NCBI RefSeq assembly: GCF_006345805.1
Contig: NC_043009.1
Location: 44,888,001 to 44,952,000, forward strand
Reading direction: 5' to 3'
DNA: 64,000 nucleotides
Origin: Octopus sinensis
Taxonomy: Eukaryota
The number at the start of each line of letters is the position of its first letter. Positions within the stretch are counted from its first letter, which is position 1. The notes beneath the pieces are model-generated. The model was not told the origin of the DNA. It did no database searches and saw only the letters and a program-made list of their open reading frames with translations. Below are positions 12,676 to 24,685 of this stretch, one piece after another. The translations under genes were made by a program, and so were the position numbers.

Positions 12676-13005
12676 GTCTAGGACTACATTATTCAATGTG
12701 CAATAGGGTGTAATTCGAAGAGGTATTTAGGCACTATTATTGGCAGAATCATTAACACATTGTATAAAATGATTAGTAGCATTTCTTCATTACACTCTGT
12801 GTTCAAATTCCGCAGAGGTCAACTGCGCCTTTTGTCCTTTTGGGGTCAATAAAATAGGTACCAAACACTATGATCAATGCAATAGACTAGGCCTTCTCTC
12901 CAAATTTCAGGCTTATGCTTATAGTAGACAGCTGTTACATTCTAAGTTCAAATCCTAGTGAGGTCAACTTCGCCTTTCATTCTTTTAGAGTCAATGAAAT
13001 AATAT

Positions 13006-13406
13006 GGCATGGATGTGTGGTAAGAAACTTGCTTCCCAACCACCTGGTCCTGGGTTCAGTCCCACTGCATAGCACCTTGGGCAAGTGTCTTCTACTGTGG
13101 TCTTGGGCCGACCAAAGCCTTGTGGGTGGATTTGGTAGGCAGTAACTAAAAGAAGCCTGTCGTATATGTATGTGTGTGTGTGTGAATGCGCCTTTGTGTT
13201 TGTCCCCCACTATTGTTTGACAACTGATGGTGGAATGTTTACATCCCTGTAACTTAGCGGTTCAACAAAAGAGACCGATAGAATAAGAGCCAGTACTTTA
13301 AAAAAAATATGAACTGGGTTGGATTCCTTCAACTAAAATTCAAGGCAGTGCCCCAGCATGGCCACAGTCTAATGACTAAAACAAGTAAAAGAGAAAAGAC
13401 AAAAGA
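13006..13406 (+). mobile_element. SINE family 2
   Basis: Full-length match to 27670-28031 with CpGs decayed. Confidence 0.85.
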
Positions 13407-13915
13407 TACCAGTCAAGTATTGGGGTTGATATAACTGACTTGCCTACCACCCACCCACCTAGCCATCTACTCTCAAAATTGCTGACCTTGTGTCAAAATT
13501 AGAAAGTGTTGTTGTTATTATTGTATAGCCTTGCACACTGCATTCTCTCATTCCTTCTCTAAAAAAGGAACTCCACCCAAAAAACATCAGCCTCCACTTC
13601 AGAATCACAAAGCACAACAACATGCAATTCATTTCTTTTTTTCTCTTATATTTAAACACTCATTTCACCTGTGTTACCTTTTCCATTTGTTTGTTATTCA
13701 GCTTCATGTTTTTTTCTTTTCTTCTTCTAAGCTATTATACATTGAAATAGAATAACATTTTCCAGCAGTTTATCTCAGTAAAATTTCTATCTTGGAACAC
13801 ATTCTTCTGATTTTACTGATGGTTCTAAGACTCTGACACTGACGAAGGTCAGAGAAAACAATTCTACTTCTACTAAACCACCAGGAAGTATTAAAAAACT
13901 AACGTGATATTCATA

Positions 13916-13969
<54 letters not shown>

Positions 13970-14772
13970 CATATGGCCTCATGTTCAGAATGTTGGGAAA
14001 ACTTCCAATGTAAAAAAAAAATTTGCTTGTCAAAGATAACCAACTTTCCACTGATAAAACAGGAACTGATATCTCAAAGATGGAAAACATACGAGAGAGA
14101 AAACTTACTGCTATTAAGCACTGATTATGTTTTTGCTCATTATCCTTCTTCGTTAAAGATAGTATAAGAAACAAAAAAGGTAATACAAATCATAAGCAAA
14201 ACAAACTAACGTAACTTAACTCATTAATTGGTGCACATGTGGTAGCTTAAGCCAATGAGGAAGCCTCTATGTGGTCGTGCAACCAGCAAGAAATAGATCC
14301 AAACTACTCTCATATTCTACTTTTCTACAAACAAGGAAGAACACATTATATAATGTTATCCAAGATACACTGCAGTTGAAAAAAAATATAAAAAAGGGGA
14401 ATGCCCTTTCTTCATAGGTGTGCTCAACCAGAGCTGGTATAAGAATAAACAACATTATCTTATTTCCTGAGAAATTAATTACAAAAATAAATTTATTCTG
14501 TTTCCATGGTAACATCATCATCATCCTCATTTTAACATCTACTTTTCCATACTTGCAAGAATTGGATGGAATCTATTGAGACAGAGTTTTTTTAAGACCA
14601 GATGCCTTTCCTGTCACCAAGCAAGATAGTATTTCTACATTGCCGGACATATTTCCATGAAATATTGGAAATGAACTGACACTGTTTGTATAACTAAAAT
14701 TCATTTACAACTATCATGCAATGTCAAGACAAGGAAACACAAACATACACCCACAAACAGACTTTTGCACAA

Positions 14773-14807
<35 letters not shown>

Positions 14808-14821
14808 TATATATATACATA

Positions 14822-15135
14822 TAGGAAAATAAAAAAGGAGAGAAATGCTCAAGATGTTATTAAATCATTTATATCTTCATATCTCCTACACATGTTTCGA
14901 TGGATACATCTAAAATACATCCAACAGGATGAATGGTCAGCTATGCATCAATCTCTTCAGGGAGGATATCAATAACAGTACTCATCAAATAGACATTTGA
15001 ACAGATATATCTGCATAGCTGACCATTATTCATTTTAGATGCATCCATCGAAACATGTGTAGGAGATATGAAGATATAAATGATATAATAATATCTTGAG
15101 CATTTGTCTCCTTTTTCTATTTTTCTTATTTTTCT
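14822..15135. mobile_element. Fold-back insertion, PLE terminal-repeat family D
   Basis: Inverted arms at about 14822-14947 and 15012-15135. Confidence 0.8.
14883..14964 (-). ncRNA. Type I hammerhead ribozyme motif, canonical core with extended stem II
   Basis: ctcc CTGAAGA gattgatgca [35 nt] tgtatccatc GAA ACATGTGT A ggag; 4-bp stem I, GUA cleavage triplet. Confidence 0.75.
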
Positions 15136-17229
15136 CCTAAATGCGTCTTGCTTGTCCCCAAATTCAACTCCCACACAAATGTGTCCATTGTTTCCTAGGA
15201 CAATTAAGCAACATTTAGCTACCTTGTAATTACTCCCTCAGATCCTTCGTTTTTATATATATATATATATATATATGAAATACAATTGGCTTCTTTTAGT
15301 TTCCATCTACCAAATCAACTCATAAAGCTTTGGTCAGCTCAAAGTTAGAGTAAAAGACACTCGCTCAAGGTGCCATACAGTGAGACAGAACCTGAAACTA
15401 TGTGGTTCAGAAGCAAATCTCTTAACCACATGTGCTACGCTCTTAGGCACTAGCAACTTATTGACTGCCATGCCAAAGTCTGAAGATTTATGATTTTTCC
15501 TGTTGCCTTCTGCTAGTTTATTTATAGTTTACTCTGCTGCTCCCCTATTCTCCCAAACCTGCCCTTAAGACACAGTGCCTATTTAACTCTTAGGTAGGGG
15601 AACTGGTTTAGATGACCTTATGCTATGTTCATACACACTAGGCTAGCATGATCACATAATTAGGACCCAATCCGCTTCCCAGTCCTGTATATCTTAACCA
15701 CAAAACCAGCTTTTACTATTTGATCCTTTATTAAGGCCTCTGACAGGTACTACCACTTTGAGGGGTAGATTTAGGAGTAGTGGTGACTAGAGAGTAACTA
15801 CATACTCCCCAAAACTCCAGAGCTCTGAAGCTGGAGCCTTATCACTAGATGCAGTTCAATGTCTTATGCAGGTTTTATCATAATATAGCTACTTAGATGT
15901 GGCCCACAAGATAGAACTCCCAAAAGTTAATCCAATTCCAGTGTAAAGTTGTAGCTATGTAGCAATCTTAGATTTTTCATACTCTTAAGAACAGCATGAG
16001 TGTCACAATATCTTATTCACCCTTCACCTTTATATGTATAGCAGAAAGCTATACATATAAAGATTTATGGGAGAGATAATCCAGTAGTAACAAGCATGAA
16101 TAAACAATGGTTTTATGTCAAGGACTTACATGGCAATTTTATATTGAAGAAAAGTTTAGATAAAATATATTGTGACAAAACATGTTTTTATTTTCCTTTT
16201 GTGAGTTAAGGGTGAAGGACTACATAGCCCTGAGTGTAACCATTGTACTGGATCCTTGGAAATTGGTGGACACTAGTTGTATGGTAGCCTATTCTTCTTT
16301 GTCTAATTTAACATAAAACTGGTTTTTATTTATTACTGCACAGTTGAATGGTTAAGAAGGTAGTTGTGTGTGTGTGTGTGTACATATAGCTTCAACAAAA
16401 CACAGCTGCTTCAAAAAAATAACAACAATGCATGTAAAGGAAAATAACAAACACGAATATAACTCATGGGACAACAGTAAAGCAACTCAATAAGATTAAA
16501 GCCAGGATTGCAACAAAATATATCTATCTATCTATATTACATTAAAAATGAACTTCAACCTTGCTTGCTTGCAATGTTATACAGCAAAACTGGTGCATAT
16601 TGGGAAAATACTATGAATTAAGGTTCTCCTGAAATGTGAATACAAACGGAATAAAACAAGTTTCGTGTAAGTTGGACAACTGGTTCTTGAGATATTAGGG
16701 GTTTTGTGGGGTATAAATACCCAAAACTGTGCCTAATGGGAATATACACTGAAAATAACTTAACCCTGAAAGGAAAGAAACTCTAACCTTTCGATTAGAC
16801 ACATTATGGCTAACTTGCCAACAAAAGAATACAAGTTGTTTTTTATAGTAAATGTTTTGAGTTCTGCTTTTGTTAAACACAATATTTCTGTGAAAGAGCA
16901 TCCAGCTGTAGAAAATCTGCCTCAATAAACTTTGTCAAAGTCATGCAAACATAGAAAAATGTACATTATATATGAAGAAGACTATTTTTATGTTCAATAC
17001 ATAGGTACAAGGTGACTGTTACCATGTGAACAGATCTGTGCTGCATAGAAGAGGTAATACAGAGGGTAGCCTCAGCTCAGCCAGACTTTATACAGGCAAG
17101 AGACACAGGGACACATTTTTAGAAGAGTAGTTAGTGGGTGGATAGGCATATTGATAAAGAATTAGATCAACTGAAGTAGTGAAAGTATGTGACAGGTAAC
17201 AAAAGATGATCTCTAAACCCTAACCAGGA

Positions 17230-18300
17230 CTGACAGATGAGTAAAAGGACCATTTCATGAAGTCATCTTGTAGACTCCTCAATAACAGAGGATATCATGG
17301 CTGAGGGCTTTTAATTGACATGTTAGGATACTCCATGATGGCTACTCCAATGTGCATGGAGACTTTGGTACAAGGAACAAAGAGGGATCAAAACTCTTCA
17401 GTGATACAACTGATCTAATTGTTTGCATTGGCTAACTTCGGGAAGCAAGCCAATCACATGATCACTTAGTATTCCAGTGAATACCACAAATCGCATGGAT
17501 TTCATAATCACCAGGAAACAGGATTAAAGAGTTGACTGTGAATAAGTGTTTCTCTGCTGAACACAACTGTATCACTTAACATAGTGATAAGTGGTGTCAG
17601 CTCAGTGGAATAAAAGACACAAAACAATCAAGAGAAAGAAGGTATGAGTGAAGTGAAAGATTTCTTGGCCATCCAGACCATTCCTAGAAATAACAGGCAA
17701 GAGAAATGGTGGTTGCGATGTTGATGAATGATGATGGGGGAGGGGAGGGGAGGTAAAGACTTTGTTCATAGAAAAAGAAGTGGGAGTTTCAACAAGACCT
17801 GATTTTCTCCCCTCCATACACACGCAAGCATGTATCTGTCTCATACACTGTTCGCTTTCCAGACATTTGTACATTACTGCATATACTTTATACGCACTTC
17901 TGACAAGTTGTGGTGCACCTGAGCACTGTATACAATAATTTCATTATTATTATTATTATTTCAATATGCTGTAAGCCACAAACCAGACAGATCTGAGAAT
18001 GATGCATATAATGCAAATTGGAAAAAAAAATGATGCAAACTTGCTCAGCTGGATGTGTAAATATTACTGTGAATGAACAAATGAGACATAAACGAAGAGA
18101 CAAAATGAGGAGCCATCTGTAGAATACAAGAGAGAAGACTTTGATGATATGGTCATGTGATACATTTACCTAGGAAGACAGTTTGTTAAAGAAGTACCAA
18201 GTGATCCAAGAAGATGAAACTAGCAGAAGAGGAAGACTAAGGAAGCAGTAAGGATCAATCTCAAATTGTCTGACCCATGGAAAGCAGATGCTAATGATGA
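17230..18300 (+). mobile_element. Old fragmented RTE LINE (APE endonuclease remnant plus C-terminal remnant)
   Basis: Degenerate VHG.FG.GTRNKEG and NF.KQANHMIT near 17330-17500; C-terminal ..SWMC..RRL..YGHV-like and RRGR near 18030-18240. Confidence 0.6.
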
Positions 18301-19042
18301 TAATATGTATGTGTGGGTGGGCAGGTGTATGCCTTTGTGCTTGTCCCCCACCACCACTTGATTGGTGTTAGTTCATTTATGCCCCATAATTTAGTGGTTT
18401 CGCAAATGAGATCAACAGCATAAATACCAAGCTTAAAAAGCAAGTACTGAGGTCAATTTGTTTGACTGAGCCTTTCAAGCTCCAGCATGGCTTCAGTCCA
18501 ATGACAAGCAGGTAAAAAATAAAAGATCAAAACTAAGCAAGTGACCTAAGTCAAAGAAAAGAAAAGTATAGATCGTGTCAATAACCTTTATACTGCTGCT
18601 GTACATGTGAACTGACATTACATTGTCATAAGTTAGTTACAATTACTTTCCTTCTCTAAGGTTACCTCCTGATATGTTTGTTATTTTTATTGCTTAAAAC
18701 CATGGCATTTCTGATTGAGTAGCCTGTGCCTGGATTAGTTTTAGGTATTGTATATTTAGGATTACATTATTAAATGAGCACTTCCCCTCTTTTTGGAGAC
18801 ATCAGTGTAAAATAACAGAAATAGCAGCCCACTCTCCTTCAAGATTTGGCTGCTATTTCTAGCAAGCTGAAAAAATGCAGAGGCTCCCTTTTTTAGTCAT
18901 CTATTTTCACTTGAATGAGTGATCCCCAATTAGGGTCAAACAGTGTTTTACAAAAAGAACAAGAAATTTAATTTTTCAATCTTTCACAGAAGAAAAATTC
19001 ATGTATCCCATCAACACATTTAAAAAAAAACTATAGGTATGC

Positions 19043-20360
19043 TTGTTGTTAACACCAGATTTACTCATGCATACAGTCTTTTAATATCCAGTATATGACA
19101 AACAATGGAAAATAAAACAGATGCTACAATTATTGTTGTTAATATTAGATTTACTCATGTGTATGGTCTTTTAATGTCCAGTACATAACAAACAATGAAT
19201 AATAAAACAGAGAACTGCTATGGTCATTGCTGTTGAAATCAGGTTTACTTATGTATATGGTCTTTTAATGTCCATTATATCATATACAATGAGAAATAAA
19301 ACAGAGCAGCTACAATTATTCATTTATGTGTATGGTTTTTTTAATGTCCAGTATATAACAAACAAACATTGAAAAATAAAACAGAATTGCTACAATTGTT
19401 GTTATTAATATTACATCTACAGAACAATTAGCACAGTGGGCAAAATGCTTAGCAGCATTTCGTCCATCTTTGCATTCAGAGTTCAAATTCCACCAAGGCT
19501 GACTTTGCCTTTGAAATCAATTTAAGATCTATTTATGTATATGGTCTTTTAACTAGTAGAGCACCTAGACAAGACAACCAATGAATTTGGCATGGAGATA
19601 AGCACAGAGAAAACAAAAGTTATGGCAAATTGCCCAAATGGAATCAGTACCAACATAAGCATCAGTGGAGTTGAGCTTGAGTAATTTCAAAACTTCAAAT
19701 ATCTTGGGGTGATAGTGAGTGACCAAAGTTCCAAATCTGATATGATATCCTACATTACCAAAACAACAGCAGCAATGATCAAATTCAGAACACTGTGGAG
19801 AGCCAAAAATATCTCACTGAGCTCCAAAATTAGGCTAATGAGATCACTAGTGATCTTAATATTCTTGTATGCCTTTGAGACATGGACACTGAGAGCAGAA
19901 ATCGAAAGAAGAATCCAGGCTGCAGAGATGAAAAATTTCAGGAGACTTTGGGGAATATCATATAGAGATTGTGTCACAAATGAGGAGGTGAAAAGAAGAA
20001 TAATGCAGGCAATAGGGCCCCATGAGGAACTTCTTACCACAGTAAAAGAAATGGAAGCTCAGGTGGTTTGGGCATGTTATCTGCTACTCAAGGATCACCA
20101 AAACAATCTTTCAGGGAACAAGGTGGAAGATGCAGAGACAGACAAAGGGGTGGGGAAACAATATCTGTGGGCAGACAGGCCTAAAAATGAGAGACGCAGT
20201 GCGAGAGGCAGAAGATAGAGACAGGTGGAGAGATCTGGTTGCAAAGTCATCAGTAGTGCCCCAATGGTAACCAGACTATGGGATATGTAATGTAACATAA
20301 CAAATAATGAAAAACAACATAAAAACAAAACTGCTGCAATTATTGCTGTTCTGTTAAATG
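19043..20360 (+). repeat. About 90-bp minisatellite (about 5 units) interrupted by a SINE head (19420-19525) and a LINE (19559-20296)
   Basis: Unit ttgttgttaa..agatttactcatg.gtatggtcttttaatgtccagta.ataacaaacaatga..aataaaacaga..gctacaatta; the last unit resumes after each insertion. Confidence 0.85.
19559..20296 (+). mobile_element. 5'-truncated RTE LINE, second family (no PHD insert), pseudogenised
   Basis: GMEISTEKTKVM..LE*FQNFKYLG..KIRLMRSLV..FLYAFETWTL; short tgtaa tail. Confidence 0.9.
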
Positions 20361-20469
20361 TTGCTTCAAGAATGCAATGGAAAAAAAAAATGGATATATG
20401 TCATCAAGTCAATATTAAGCTTCCCATCAAGTTGAAGAATTTACAAGACATGAGGTAAAGATTCACTCA

Positions 20470-20700
20470 CCACCATGCTGCAACCTCTGAACTGACTAGC
20501 ACTGTATATCATCACTTCTACAACCACAACCCTAACCTTCCTTTCTGACTTTCCACTACCTCTCACCACATAAATCACCGACTCTAACCTTGTCACTCAA
20601 TCCTTATTCCCCAGACACAATAAAGTTCTGGAATTCCCTCCCCTGCCAATATATTCCGTGTGTTTGTGAAGAACTTTAAAAAAAACTGTACAAATTGTAA
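20470..20700 (+). mobile_element. CR1/L2-like LINE 3' remnant
   Basis: tccttattccccagacacaataaagttctggaattccctcccc resembles SFFPRTIK.WNSLP. Confidence 0.5.
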
Positions 20701-20758
20701 TGGTAAAGGTCACATCACAAGCTTTTCTACCTGACTAAAAAAGAAATTACTACATACA

Positions 20759-20814
<56 letters not shown>

Positions 20815-20870
20815 CACACATATGTATCATATATATATATATATATAAACACATATACATCTATATGTAA

Positions 20871-20902
<32 letters not shown>

Positions 20903-21960
20903 GCATAAATTTATACCCACACACACACAAGGTCAGAATAATAATGAGGCTAAGAATGGTGAATAAATTATTAATAATATGATCATGAGTTCAAAAATTA
21001 CAGCCACAGCCACTGACCCTGAAACAGGCTGGCAAACAAACATATTCCACATGCAATACCCTTTCAGGTTATGTGCTTGTCCCCTCCTGTGGGAGGCAAC
21101 ATACAACAATCAGTACCTTCAGTAAGTATATATTAATGAGGTAAGTTCACATTGTACTACAGCCACTGTGTTGAGAGTCTGGGTAAGGTTCATGAGTCAG
21201 CTTGCATCAGTTTGCAAGGTTGGTAAAGAGAAATTAAAATGCAAACATAGATCACCCACATACGCACAAAGGACCTACATTTATACTTGGTAAAAAGAAG
21301 GGATCTTTGCAAATCATTGTATAATTTACTAACAATCTAAAATATATAGAACTACATGCAAGAAACAGTGTATAACTTGATACAAATCAATGTAGAACAT
21401 GCACACGCATGTCCGCGTGTGTATACACATACACAAACAGACATGAACAAATTTAAAACGAATGTTAAATGATGATTTTATACATACATCCATCCACATA
21501 TACATACCTCCATACATATATACTCACACAGATCTAAATTCAAAACATTATATAAGTCATAATTGAATATTAATTCAATATAAATTTTTGAAAAACATTT
21601 ATAAATATATAAACATTAAATCTTCTAATAAATCATTTAACTTTTGTTTATAGAGCAGTAAAATTTTGAACACTAAATATAATTCTTTATTGACTATATA
21701 TATATATTAGAAGATAGGATGTTATTATAAACGGCTTTTGAGATCATAAATTGAATGATTATTGAAATTTGATCATAAAATCTTATTTGATATATTTTGA
21801 ATCTAATACCAGAGGTTAGACACAGCATTAAGAAGTGCATCCTGTATTCACTTGATTTTAGGTTCAGTCTCATGCAAGTGCCTCTTTTTTTTTTTTTTTT
21901 TTTTGTAACTTCAGGCCTTCTAGTGTCTAGTGAGTGAACTTGGCAGGCAGAAACTGTATC

Positions 21961-22423
21961 AAGGCGGCGAGCTGGCAGAAACGTTAACACGACGGGTGAA
22001 ATGATAAGGGGTATATCATATATTATAGCACGCCGGGTGAAATGTTTAACGGTATTTCGTCTGCGTTACGTTGTGAGTTCAAATTCCGCCGAGGTCGACT
22101 TTGCCTTTCATCCTTTCGGGGTCGATAAATTAAGTACCAGTTACGCACTGGGGTCGATATAATCGACTTAATACCTATGTCTGTCCTTGTTTGTCCCCTC
22201 TGTGTTTAGCCCCTTGTGGGTAATAAAGAAATAGGTATATCATCTGCCGTTACGTTCTGAGTTCAAATTCCGCCGAAGTCGACTTTGCCTTTCATCATTT
22301 TGGGGTCTATAAATTAAGTACCAGTTTCACACTGGGGTTGATGTAATCAACTTAATCTCTTTGTCTGTCCTTGTATGTCCCCTCTATGTTTAGCCCCTTG
22401 TGGGCAGTAAAGGAATAAGAAAC
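21961..22423 (+). mobile_element. Head-to-tail dimer of SINE family 1 (tail variant)
   Basis: Unit 1 at 21961-22233, 5'-truncated unit 2 at 22234-22423; both end gtttagccccttgtggg.a.taaag.aata; single copy at 30650-30860. Confidence 0.85.
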
Positions 22424-22646
22424 TATATTGAAGCATATCATGTGTGTGCATGTGTGCATGTGTACCATTGTTTCATAGCTGATGACAACTAGTGTTTGTT
22501 CATGTCAGCCACAACTTAGCAGTTAAAAAAAAATCAGAGAATTATAGAATAAGTAAGTACCAGATTTAAAATATATGTGAAATGAACTGCTCTGCTCAAA
22601 GACAATACACAGTCCAGCCAAGGAATTGAACCCATGCCACTTAATC

Positions 22647-22935
22647 GTTGTGTCTGGGGAGAGTCATTTTCTTTTTGTGCCTTATAATGTAACACACTCG
22701 CCGGTGAAATTCCCACATCTTTCTTATTTTTATTTTCCTAAAATTTTCATTGCGTCTTGCAACCTTTTCAATAGTCTTGACTCTCTTAATAAAAATAAGA
22801 AATAAGTGGAAATTTCACCGGTGAGTGTGTTACATTATAAGACACAAAAAGAAAATGACTCTCCCCAGACACAACAGAATATGCTTCAACACACGAACTC
22901 ATATAAAAAATCTTGCAAACCAAATCCAAAAATGA
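22647..22935. mobile_element. Fold-back insertion, PLE terminal-repeat family B
   Basis: Inverted arms at about 22647-22735 and 22790-22875; the right arm extends to 22935 and matches 5818-5880. Confidence 0.8.
22738..22774 (-). ncRNA. Minimal type I hammerhead ribozyme motif, U3-A8 variant
   Basis: cta TTGAAAA G gttgc aagac gcaat GAA AATT T tag; second copy on + strand at 48529-48565. Confidence 0.65.
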
Positions 22936-23242
22936 ACTATATACTTTCATTTCCACTTAAAAAGGAAACAGAAATAACATTGTACTCTAGTGGACAGTTA
23001 ATACAAGGGAGACAATCATTTCTTCATAATATTTGGTAGGATTAACAGTTTGAATTTGAAATTAAGGAATAAGAAAAAAAGATGCATAGCATACACATGA
23101 GAATGCTTTTTGTTGTTTATTTACTATGAAGTTCTTAAAGTTTTTAGTCAATGGTAATCATGTATAGCATTTCATCATTCTTTTTAGAAATATTGAAATT
23201 AAACAAAACACTTCATTTATTCTTACTAATTTTTTTTATGGA

Positions 23243-24083
23243 TTTACAATCATATGCACATAAGATCATCATAATAATAATTCTTTCCTTTTTTACCTCC
23301 CTGAAATAACCTCTTTATTTTCTTCTTTTCCTTCCTCCTTGTTATCCTCCATGTTTATTGTTCTAAAAGTGGATTTGTTTTCTACAGAACTAACACAATT
23401 AAAACAGCTTGTACATCTAAATACACTTCCTATCCTGCTCATTATAACAATATACTGGTTTTTGTCTTTAATATATGTAGATATCTTCAGCAGAAAATAG
23501 CATCAGATACATATGGAATTCTGTACATGGTAAAGACCAGAAACTGGTGAAAGAGCATGCCACATAAACATTATCAAACATCCTTTGCCAGATGGTTCCT
23601 ATCTGTGTGTGTGTGTGTGTGTGTGTGTGTGCACGTGTTCTAAATACTTTCCTTTTTTTACCTGACTTTATCACAAGTTTCACCTTACATAACAACATTC
23701 TTCTGCTTTTCTTTAATTACGACTGTCCAGAGTAGTATATGTTCAACCAATGCCAAATAGATTGTGTATGGAATATGTCTACACACACACACACATTCGC
23801 AAGCATACCTACCCTGCTAGAAATAGCACTAAATTTCCTTCAATTCATACTCACTTCTAAAACAAAAAAAAAATGCACTTAGCCTTCAATATACCAAATA
23901 CATACACATGTGGGAAGTGCTTGTTCTGTTGAAAACAAGCTCACTTTTAGAATAACAAACATGGAGGATAATAAGGAGGAAGGAAAAAAAGAAAATGAAT
24001 AGGTTATTTCAGGGGAGATAAGAAAAGGAAACGATTATTATTATGACGCTATAATGATGTATCAATACATGCATATTTGTAAA
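23243..24083. repeat. Diverged inverted repeat (arms 23243-23392 and 23923-24083, about 530-bp spacer)
   Basis: cttttagaa.aa.aaacatggaggataa.aaggaggaagg.. present in opposite orientations, about 80% identical by eye. Confidence 0.8.
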
Positions 24084-24685
24084 TAAATATATAACAACAG
24101 ATATATAATGTGTCAATTCATTACAGCTGTTTACCAACAAACTTCATTAGAAAAAAACCATTTTCATCAGGTGAACACATGAATCACTACATTCAAAAAA
24201 AAACAAAAGCCAACAAGATGTGCACCTCCATGATTTTATGACCCTTGCTGGTCATAGAATGAATTTGTTAGTTCAGTTTGGTGGCATTATAGGAGAAAAT
24301 AACACAATGTCATGTGTGGGTAGGGAGGTAACGAAGATTTATAGCAATGAAGAAGAGGTAGAGAGGAATCAGATAGCAAAGCATCTCATCCCTACAACAA
24401 AGATAGCCATATCATTTAAGTACCTGGTTCACTTGAATACGTTATTATAATACTTGGATCAAACAAAGATTTACATAAATGCAAAGCAAACTTTTTAACC
24501 ACTCAGCTATACCTGCACTCATTACAGAGTCTGGAGACAAGCATCAGACCGTTATGATATGGAAAAGGATCAAACAAAATCAGTTGTACAATTCCCCATC
24601 ACCTGACATTAGTGAGCTGCATCTACCAGAGAACCTATATATAGTTAGACAGACAAACCCAGTGTGAACTGTAGTACTAATCGAT

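Noticed and set aside
13830-13860. gacaCTGACGAAG half-core and an FTDGSK RNase H-like motif nearby
   Set aside because: No matching stem II/GAAA half, and the reading frame is closed by stops on both sides
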